From Gammaproteobacteria bacterium (GTDB lineage Bacteria; Pseudomonadota; Gammaproteobacteria; DSM-16500): a stretch of 64,000 nt of DNA. Under the pieces are notes generated by a model that was not told the origin of the DNA, searched no databases, and was given only the letters and a program-made list of their open reading frames with translations. Location: contig DATIJJ010000014.1 of NCBI GenBank assembly GCA_035478795.1, positions 13,930-77,929 on the forward strand, in the 5' to 3' direction. Numbering within the stretch: position 1 is the first letter of the stretch; the number at the start of each line of letters is the position of its first letter. Both the position numbers and the translations under genes were made by a program. This document shows, piece after piece, positions 10,547-17,110 of the stretch.

Positions 10547-10640
10547 AGTGCCGTTTGAATTTTTTCTTGCCAAACATCTGTGGTGATATCAGCAGAAATA
10601 ATTCTAATTTTATCCGGATTGGATGCTTGAACTCTTTTTT
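10547..10640 (-). pseudogene. About 90-bp fragment of an SDR gene (paralog of 21873-22664)
   Basis: The stretch gtgccgtttgaattttttcttg..gtgatatcagcagaaataatt.taatt..atccggattg aligns with few mismatches to 22455-22545, inside the intact SDR gene. No ORF context is left. Confidence 0.6.
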
Positions 10641-10644
10641 AAAA

Positions 10645-11085
10645 TCAGGATGCTCCAATTATTTCAAATTCAACTTCAACATTATTACGCGTTGCGTGCG
10701 AGTAAGGACACACTTTTTCATGCGCTTCTTTAACAAGCATTGATAAATCTGCTTGTGACAGGTTTTTATCTTCCACGCACATTTTTACTGAGAGCGCAAA
10801 ACCGGTTGGTTCACGTTTTCCAATTGAAACACTGCATTCAATCTTTGCTTTTGATGCATCTTTTTTGTTTTGTTTGGCAACAAAATCAAGCGCACCTCCA
10901 AAACAGGCTGCGTACCCCACTGCAAACAAATGCTCAGGAGTCACTGTGTCCGGCCTCCCGGGTCCGCCCATTTCTTTCGGGACTGACAGGTTAACCTTTA
11001 CTGCTCCATCACTTGTTTCACTGTGCCCGTTTCGTCCACCAAAAGCTGTAGCCGTTATTGTAAAAATCGGGTTTATTTTATCCAT
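10645..11085 (-). CDS. ohr: Organic hydroperoxide resistance protein (Ohr/OsmC family)
   Basis: 146 aa with the Ohr-type pattern GGR.G.....G...V.L..P.E.GG.G...TPE.LFA.GYAACF and the second Cys in VCPYS. Confidence 0.85.
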   Translation of the reverse strand: MDKINPIFTITATAFGGRNGHSETSDGAVKVNLSVPKEMGGPGRPDTVTPEHLFAVGYAACFGGALDFVAKQNKKDASKAKIECSVSIGKREPTGFALSVKMCVEDKNLSQADLSMLVKEAHEKVCPYSHATRNNVEVEFEIIGAS

Positions 11086-11192
11086 ACTAAATTCATCTCC
11101 TTATTGACCGGATTAAAAATTTGCTATATTAGAAATGGAGTATACTATACCATTGATCGCGATATGGTTAAAATAATTAATAAAAGGTTTTT

Positions 11193-11573
11193 ATGACGAC
11201 AAATAATAAAGATATATTTAAAAAAATAACCTCTCTTGAAAATGAAGCCGCAACATTCGGTTTTAAATGGGAGAAAGCATCCCAAATTATGGAACAAATT
11301 CGTAGTGAACTGACCGAAATCGAAGCTCATTTGGAAGATACCGACACAAAAAAATTACAAGAAGAAGTCGGCGATCTATTGCACGCCACTTTTTCTCTAT
11401 GCATTTTTTGTCATCTGGATGCAGAAGAAACCTTATCAAAAAGTATCGTAAAATTTGAATCTCGCTTTAAAACAGTCCAACGATTAGCCGCAATGGAAGG
11501 TCTTGGCGATTTGAATAATCAATCATTCAATAAATTAATGGCGCTTTGGAATAAAGCGAAAGAAATATCCTGA
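11193..11573 (+). CDS. MazG-like nucleotide pyrophosphohydrolase domain protein
   Basis: FGFKWEK......Q...EL.E......D.....EE.GDLL is the MazG EExxE/D helix pattern; 126 aa. Confidence 0.7.
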   Translation: MTTNNKDIFKKITSLENEAATFGFKWEKASQIMEQIRSELTEIEAHLEDTDTKKLQEEVGDLLHATFSLCIFCHLDAEETLSKSIVKFESRFKTVQRLAAMEGLGDLNNQSFNKLMALWNKAKEIS

Positions 11574-11599
11574 TATTACTTTTAAAATAGATTAAAATT

Positions 11600-12400
11600 T
11601 TATCCTTTATAACACACCATAAATATTCTTTTAAATGGCAGTAAAATTTTATTATTCGCTTGCAAAGAATATTCTTTTGAAATTGCTTCAACGTACGCAT
11701 CAGAAAATTGAGTTTGATTTTTAACATCCATTTCGGATAAAACAGGGCGTAATCCGGTTCCTTTTACCCAATTAAAAATGGCATGATAACTATTCATTTC
11801 CTGAAAATATTCAGTTTCCCAAATTTGTAATGAATGAGCACCCGATTGAATAAGCAGATCATAGTACCATGTCAATTTATAAAGAGGCTCTTTTAAAATA
11901 CCATAACGTAAATTCTTCAAATAAGACCGCCATGGATGATAGGTTTGTAAAAGATTTATCGTTACCTGATGCGATGGCGAATGAAAATTATTCGGCATTT
12001 GAATGCCTAATACCCCATTTTTATTCAGATATTTTAAAAGTCTCGGAATCAGAATTTCGTGGTTATCCAGCCATTGCAAGGAAGCATTTGCAAAAAGACA
12101 ATCTGCTTTTTTGGATAATGAGAAATTTGCAATATCATCTTGTATAAATTCCATGTCAGGATAATTTTTTTTTGCCTCATTCAACATATCTGATGAGGAA
12201 TCAAGCCCAATGACATGTGCATGAGGCCAGCGGTTTTTTAACAGAATAGTACTATTACCGGGACCACAACCAAGGTCATACACCCTTTCAGGTTGAAAGG
12301 AATCAGGAATAACAGATAATAAATCCTTCGCAGGACGTGTTCTTAAATCAAGAAACTGGCTGTAGATTTCAGCATTCCATGCGTCTTTACTTTTATTCAT
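11600..12400 (-). CDS. tam: Trans-aconitate 2-methyltransferase
   Basis: Collinear with E. coli Tam as I remember it (DLGCGPGNST.LL..RWP, FANASLQWL..H, G.LG.QMPNN, W.T.Y...M.S..AI..WV..TGLRP). Start taken at the MNKSKDAW ATG. Confidence 0.8.
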   Translation of the reverse strand: MNKSKDAWNAEIYSQFLDLRTRPAKDLLSVIPDSFQPERVYDLGCGPGNSTILLKNRWPHAHVIGLDSSSDMLNEAKKNYPDMEFIQDDIANFSLSKKADCLFANASLQWLDNHEILIPRLLKYLNKNGVLGIQMPNNFHSPSHQVTINLLQTYHPWRSYLKNLRYGILKEPLYKLTWYYDLLIQSGAHSLQIWETEYFQEMNSYHAIFNWVKGTGLRPVLSEMDVKNQTQFSDAYVEAISKEYSLQANNKILLPFKRIFMVCYKG

Positions 12401-12436
12401 ATCGCCCCTTAAAATCCCCAAACCAGGTTTTCAAGA

Positions 12437-12949
12437 TCATATACTGCCCTGTTTTCTATCTTGCGCTGTTTTAGCCAGATGACCCACATCCACTCGAACA
12501 AAAATGGAATCGCCCAGTGCAGTCAAGACATCGCCAGCATATACCTCGCATAATACACGTGTTGCACGTTTGAACGCACCTTCAACACGTGCCTTGAGAG
12601 TCAATGGAACTCCCATTGGCGTTGGCCTGATATACTTCACACCTAAAGAACCCGTTACACAATCAATGCGTGGCTTCGATCCCACTTCACGGTTCTCTGT
12701 ACGATAATGGTTGGCCATTGCAGTCCAATTGGAATGGCAATCGACAAGACAACCAATTAACCCACCATAAACGAGTGATGGCCAACCGACATACTGCGTA
12801 TCTGGCATGTGCGTCATCACCACGTGTATATCGTCCGGATCCCAATAACTTTTAATCCTGAGGCCATTCGCATTTTTTGCGCCACAACCAAAACACACAC
12901 CATCTGCTGCAGCCAGGTCTTGCAATGCAATCATTTTTTTATTCATCAT
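12437..12949 (-). CDS. PaaI/hotdog-fold thioesterase with N-terminal CxxC motif
   Basis: CFGCG..N..GL followed by a hotdog-fold core (GG....L.D). The tracked ORF extends to 13027, but that stretch crosses the upstream terminator. Start taken at MMNKKM. Confidence 0.6.
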   Translation of the reverse strand: MMNKKMIALQDLAAADGVCFGCGAKNANGLRIKSYWDPDDIHVVMTHMPDTQYVGWPSLVYGGLIGCLVDCHSNWTAMANHYRTENREVGSKPRIDCVTGSLGVKYIRPTPMGVPLTLKARVEGAFKRATRVLCEVYAGDVLTALGDSIFVRVDVGHLAKTAQDRKQGSI

Positions 12950-12981
12950 GCACCTTATTCCTATCATTCTTGTCGTGTTCC

Positions 12982-13019
12982 AAAAAATAAAAAAAGCCTC
13001 CTGCCAAATGACAGGAGGC
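12982..13019 (-). terminator. Rho-independent terminator of the 85-aa ORF
   Basis: On the minus strand: GCCTCCTG-tcatttgg-CAGGAGGC followed by TTTTTTTATTTTTT. Confidence 0.7.
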
Positions 13020-13026
13020 ACAACCA

Positions 13027-13284
13027 TTATGGTCTACGCGATGGTTGAGCAGGCTCCTTTTGCCCCGCCTCCCGTTTTGGTCTCAAGGACAGCTTATTGT
13101 AACCGCAAACTCCGCCAAAAGACTTCCACTCGCTCACGATATCGCAATCAGGATTAGCCTCTTGTAACGCATTCCACCTCTTCGTTTCAAGAAACACACT
13201 GGCGCCAGTGGCTGCAGACAGTCCCACGAAATAACCAGTACCTCGCAACGCTCTTCCTACCTTTTGCTCAAAAAATTTAAACAT
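13027..13284 (-). CDS. Hypothetical 85-aa protein (paralog of 27202-27459), one predicted TM segment and a basic Pro-rich tail
   Basis: Tracked ORF with a GAGAGG Shine-Dalgarno ~8 nt upstream and its own terminator. A paralog preserves the frame and length, with conserved MFKFFEQ, ANPDCD(I/V)VSEW and AGQKEP. Confidence 0.6.
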   Translation of the reverse strand: MFKFFEQKVGRALRGTGYFVGLSAATGASVFLETKRWNALQEANPDCDIVSEWKSFGGVCGYNKLSLRPKREAGQKEPAQPSRRP

Positions 13285-13372
13285 AAAAGATTCCTCTCAA
13301 ATCAAAAGATTAAATAATAGTAAGTAGTTTATTATCTGCCGGATGTATCACCCTGAGACGGGCAGATAACGG

Positions 13373-13516
13373 TTACCGGCTCAGAGCTTGAGAGAGGGTG
13401 ATAATGAGCACCACAATTGAAGAGGTCAAAAGGATAAGGACGAGAGAAAACCCAACGGACGATTCGCTGTGTGTTTCAAAATAGCTATTTTGAGGAATAC
13501 TTCGTCTCGGGTTCAT
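13373..13516 (-). CDS. Candidate 47-aa small membrane peptide (not in ORF track)
   Basis: My translation is MNPRRSIPQNSYFETHSESSVGFSLVLILLTSSIVVLIITLSQALSR*. The second copy at 27538-27681 differs at 4 nt: 2 synonymous changes and 2 replacements in the polar N-tail. No obvious Shine-Dalgarno sequence. Confidence 0.4.
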   Translation of the reverse strand: MNPRRSIPQNSYFETHSESSVGFSLVLILLTSSIVVLIITLSQALSR

Positions 13517-13554
13517 TTTTTTAAAATCATCATTAAATTGACGTATAACGATAG

Positions 13555-13583
13555 ACCATAGCCATTCAATAAAGAAAAGTCAA
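13555..13583 (-). promoter_or_regulatory. Sigma70-like promoter for the leader / 47-aa / 85-aa transcript
   Basis: Minus strand reads TTGACT-17 nt-TATGGT. The sequence is identical in the second copy (27720-27748). The -35 element overlaps the stop codon of the AlaX-like reading frame. Confidence 0.4.
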
Positions 13584-13693
13584 CAATCGTTTATCAGTCG
13601 AATTTCAATTCTTTACTTAATTGAACATATTTTGCCATCAGTTAAATTTTTAAGATCACTGGATTGCTGGTTTAAAATTAAAATGGTGTGATA
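13580..13693 (-). pseudogene. Deletion scar: 5' end of a GNAT gene fused to the 3' end of an AlaX-like gene
   Basis: ATG at 13693 reads MSEISHHFNFKPAIQ* (compare MREISHRFNFKPAMEP of 29166-29744). Positions 13580-13650 retain ..RIEIRLINDC* (compare the C-terminus of 27745-28095). Confidence 0.55.
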
Positions 13694-13721
13694 TCTCACT
13701 CATACGAATCCCGCCATGAAA

Positions 13722-14114
13722 TCATACTTCGATCTTATAACCCACTTGAACGTCACAAGCAGCAAAACCGCCCAGTATTCCCCAATTTTCTCGTATAGCT
13801 TCTCTTATAACAATTTTGACATGATCTTTTGGGATACCTGATGCATGCAAGTTTTCAACAATCGTCTGATACAAGTTACGCTTGGTTGCAAGCGAACGTC
13901 CGGAAAAACAATCAATACCAACAATCACATAATGATCCGGATTGTAATTAACCGGAACAGAAAAACGATGAGGCTCATGGGCTAATAATCTTGTATTAAT
14001 AGCCTCCTCTGTCACGTTAAATGATGCAATCAATGCAGAATGCACTGCTTGCATGAGCGCTATTTCCTGCTCTTTCGTGTGTTTATTTACAACTTCGATC
14101 AATATCATCGGCAT
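13722..14114 (-). CDS. Tautomerase-superfamily protein
   Basis: Starts MPMILIEV (Pro right after Met). 130 aa, consistent with a duplicated 4-OT-like fold. Confidence 0.65.
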   Translation of the reverse strand: MPMILIEVVNKHTKEQEIALMQAVHSALIASFNVTEEAINTRLLAHEPHRFSVPVNYNPDHYVIVGIDCFSGRSLATKRNLYQTIVENLHASGIPKDHVKIVIREAIRENWGILGGFAACDVQVGYKIEV

Positions 14115-14150
14115 AATATTCCCTCTCGATCGTCAATTCGATATTTAAAT

Positions 14151-14693
14151 TTAGTCATTCGATTTTTTAGCTACTCTTAATACTTTTTTAATAAATTCAC
14201 TTTTTTCATTCGTATATTTTTCTCGGTCATATATATATTGTTCCGCCAACATTATTTTTAATTTTTGATATTCATATGCCACTTCAGGATGTTGAATCAG
14301 ATAATCTCTGAAAACGATTTTATCAATCCAATGCCTTGATGTCTGCTCAACAATATGGACATGATGAGTACGTTTTTCACCAAAAGGTGGCATGCCTTTT
14401 ACAAAAAACATTCTTTCAGAATCCGGGTTTTCATACCAGTATTCGTAATCCAGTTTTTTCAATTCAAGGATAGCAATTTTTTTTATTTCTTCCAATGACA
14501 AAACTGCAATCTGAATATCAATAATTGGCTTTGCTGCCATCCCGGGAATCGCTGTGCTTCCCACATGCTGAATATCAATAATCATGGATGATGGCAATAC
14601 AGATATCAGCTTTTGAATTTCAGCATCAGCCCTGACTAACCACTCCGGATCAAATGCTACAATCTCAACAAAGTCCTCTTTATGCGTTTTCAT
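14151..14693 (-). CDS. GrpB family protein
   Basis: I..HVGSTAIPGMAAKPIIDI...V.........L...GY and HHVH are typical GrpB/UPF0157 motifs. Confidence 0.8.
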   Translation of the reverse strand: MKTHKEDFVEIVAFDPEWLVRADAEIQKLISVLPSSMIIDIQHVGSTAIPGMAAKPIIDIQIAVLSLEEIKKIAILELKKLDYEYWYENPDSERMFFVKGMPPFGEKRTHHVHIVEQTSRHWIDKIVFRDYLIQHPEVAYEYQKLKIMLAEQYIYDREKYTNEKSEFIKKVLRVAKKSND

Positions 14694-14708
14694 TATGTTC
14701 TTGCCTTT

Positions 14709-15023
14709 TCACATAAATAATTCCAGTTTTACGACATCATAAGCAGGCTCTTCATATGGATGTGCTTTTTTTAAGGCTGCAACAACCGCGCGAATCACGT
14801 CATCTTCGCAGATAACTTGTACACAATATTCAGGAACTTTATTTAGCTGATTTTTTTGTCCTGTAAAAGGATCGGCCTCTTCATTTGGCATAAACTGGCC
14901 TTCGCCCAGCGTTTGCCAGGCGCAATGTTGATAATTGCCTATTTTCCCTGCACCTTCATTAAAAACAGCAAGCTTGACCTGATCAACGTGTGTGACTGGA
15001 ACCAAAAAACTTATTTTATACAT
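14709..15023 (-). CDS. Small YqfO/NIF3-insert-like protein
   Basis: MYKISFLVP..HVD.VK.A.F.AGAG.IGNY..C......G.F.P....PF.G and HPYEEPAYD resemble the stand-alone NIF3 cap-domain family. Start taken at the internal ATG. Confidence 0.45.
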   Translation of the reverse strand: MYKISFLVPVTHVDQVKLAVFNEGAGKIGNYQHCAWQTLGEGQFMPNEEADPFTGQKNQLNKVPEYCVQVICEDDVIRAVVAALKKAHPYEEPAYDVVKLELFM

Positions 15024-15076
15024 ATTGCTCCAATAATCGAAAATATAATTACCCGTTCCTTCTTGAAAATCAGGAA

Positions 15077-16441
15077 TCATTTCTCATCGTGATATTTTTT
15101 ACTTAATTTATGCCATCGATAAATCATGATAAGCATTCCAGCAAACATGCCTGTCATCCCGCCAATTACAAAACCGGGTGCTCCATAGTGTAACGGAAAT
15201 GCCAATAACCAGGAAAGTGGCATGCTGATTCCCCAGATGGTTAAAAGGCTCATAACCATCGGAAATCGGGTATCAAATAACCCACGTAATATTCCGATTA
15301 AAACATTTCTTACAGAATCAAATATCTGGGAAAAAGCGATAATAAGAAATACCAAAACGGTCAAGTGCAACGTTGCAGCATTTCCCGGATCATTCACATT
15401 CATATAAAAAGCTGCCAGGCTTTTTGGAAATGCCAAAAATACAATTGCAACAAGAAGGCTCATCATGAGCGCCATCGCAATACTGGCGTGGCTTATTTTT
15501 TTGACTTCGTGAAATTGCTTTGCACCACAGGCCTGGCCTATCAGAATGCCGCTTGCCTGTGACAATGAAAACACAGGAATAACAATCAGAAAATAATATT
15601 GATTTACAATTTGAAAGGAAGCCAGTGCAACAGTACCTATCCAGCCTATCATGATCCCGCTGACAAAAAATGATAGCATTTCACCGCCCATTTGCACGCT
15701 GATAGGCCAACCCATTTTAAACATTTTTGCAAAATGATCCAGATGTTGATGAACGCGATAGCGAAATAATTCAAATCGGGAAAAACTTTTTTCATAAAAA
15801 AAGAATAGTGTAGTAAAAACAAAGAAAAAACTGTATTGCGCCACTGTTGCATAACCTAATCCTGCAACACCCAATTTCGGAAACCCGAATTTTCCAAAAA
15901 TTAAAACATATGCTGTCACAAGAAGCACAACGACACTCATGATACTGGTTGAAACAATTAACGTCTTTTTATGGATACCATAACCAAATTGCATATTGCA
16001 TGTGGACAAAAATCCGGGAATAACAGCCCATACAAAGGCATGAAAATAGGAATGCACAATACTCGCAATCTCTTTTGATTGGCCGAAAAATAACAAAACA
16101 GTATCAATATTCCAAAAGAGCAACATCACAGGAAGACTGATTAACAGAGCGAGGGTCCATCCTTGCTGAACATAATTTCCAATAGTGAGATAATCTTTCG
16201 CGCCATAAGCATGACCTGTCAGCACACTGATAGAAAATAAAACAGACATGCCACTGACCATAATCGATAATTGGGTCGAAAAAATCAGCGCACTGGCCGC
16301 AAGCACATCATGGCCTAAAGCAGCCAGCATGGCCATGCACAGGAATCCGCTGGTGACATTGATAATTTGACTGCCAGTCATGGGTAATGCCAGTGCAACT
16401 ATTTTTTTTATAGCTTCAAAAAAATCGATGTTTTTATTCAT
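15077..16441 (-). CDS. MATE family efflux transporter (second copy)
   Basis: About 12 TM segments with MATE-type sequence. Start taken at MNKNIDFF. Divergent from the PadR gene at 16565. Confidence 0.85.
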   Translation of the reverse strand: MNKNIDFFEAIKKIVALALPMTGSQIINVTSGFLCMAMLAALGHDVLAASALIFSTQLSIMVSGMSVLFSISVLTGHAYGAKDYLTIGNYVQQGWTLALLISLPVMLLFWNIDTVLLFFGQSKEIASIVHSYFHAFVWAVIPGFLSTCNMQFGYGIHKKTLIVSTSIMSVVVLLVTAYVLIFGKFGFPKLGVAGLGYATVAQYSFFFVFTTLFFFYEKSFSRFELFRYRVHQHLDHFAKMFKMGWPISVQMGGEMLSFFVSGIMIGWIGTVALASFQIVNQYYFLIVIPVFSLSQASGILIGQACGAKQFHEVKKISHASIAMALMMSLLVAIVFLAFPKSLAAFYMNVNDPGNAATLHLTVLVFLIIAFSQIFDSVRNVLIGILRGLFDTRFPMVMSLLTIWGISMPLSWLLAFPLHYGAPGFVIGGMTGMFAGMLIMIYRWHKLSKKYHDEK

Positions 16442-16564
16442 TTTTTCCACTTTTGCCTCGCTCAAAAAACAGAGGATATTGTACATGCAAAACCTGAAAT
16501 GTGCTTGACACATTTTAAATCATCTGTATAATACCTCTAAAAGATATAAACTAAAAGAGGTTTT

Positions 16565-17107
16565 ATGACAACAGAAAGCCGCACACGCTATACCGTATTG
16601 GGAATGCTCACGATCGAAAACCTCTCAGGCTATGAAATGATTAAAATAATCAAATCCAGTACTAATCATTTCTGGTCAGAAAGCGAAGGCCAGATTTACC
16701 CCACTCTTGCAAAATGTGTCAAAGATGGGCTGGCTACCTGCAAAGAATATTCGGCAGAAAAATCTGGCAGACCAAAGAAAATCTATTCAATTACAGAAAA
16801 AGGTAAAAAAGAATTAACTGCATGGCTAAAAAAAGAAGTTAATCCCTGCCTGATTCGAAATGAACTTTTATTAAAACTTTTTTTTGGGAAAAATATCCCA
16901 ATGAATGACAATATCCATCATATCGTACACCACAAAAAACAAATCGAATCAGAATTAATTTTTTATAAAAAAATTCGCACAGAAATCGCAATTGAACATG
17001 AAAAATCACCGCATCTTAAATATTGGCTAATGACCATTGATTATGGGATCGAAATCTCGAAAGCTGAATTAGCATGGTGCAAAAAAACGCTTAAAACGTT
17101 GAGGTAG
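16565..17107 (+). CDS. PadR family transcriptional regulator
   Basis: The winged-helix region YTVLGMLTIENLSGYEMIKIIK.....FWSESEGQIYPTL..L...GL is the PadR signature; 180 aa. Confidence 0.85.
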   Translation: MTTESRTRYTVLGMLTIENLSGYEMIKIIKSSTNHFWSESEGQIYPTLAKCVKDGLATCKEYSAEKSGRPKKIYSITEKGKKELTAWLKKEVNPCLIRNELLLKLFFGKNIPMNDNIHHIVHHKKQIESELIFYKKIRTEIAIEHEKSPHLKYWLMTIDYGIEISKAELAWCKKTLKTLR

Positions 17108-17110
17108 TGT

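Larger units (their letters stand above)
12955..13720. repeat. Copy 1 of a ~0.7-kb duplicated module (terminator, 85-aa ORF, leader with 47-aa ORF, promoter, gene remnants)
   Basis: Aligns by eye with 27133-27815, and its last ~55 nt align with 29700-29760. The leader part has about a dozen mismatches in ~270 nt. The 85-aa ORF part is much more diverged. Confidence 0.85.

Noticed and set aside
10555-11107. Plus-strand ORFs 10555-10743, 10740-10994 and 10865-11107
   Set aside because: They overlap the well-supported minus-strand ohr gene or the SDR fragment, and their translations have no recognisable features.
12950-13027. N-terminal extension of the thioesterase ORF (tracked as 12437-13027), and ORF overlaps with the 85-aa gene
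   Set aside because: The extension runs through the Rho-independent terminator of the upstream gene. The internal MMNKKM start gives a normal-length PaaI-like protein.
13285-13372. Proposed alternative pairing AUCACCCU/AGGGUGAU in the leader as a riboswitch-like switch
   Set aside because: Copy 2 has AGGGCGAU, which breaks the pairing without compensation. This particular helix is therefore not supported. Only the anti-SD complementarity and the conserved hairpins are retained as hypotheses.
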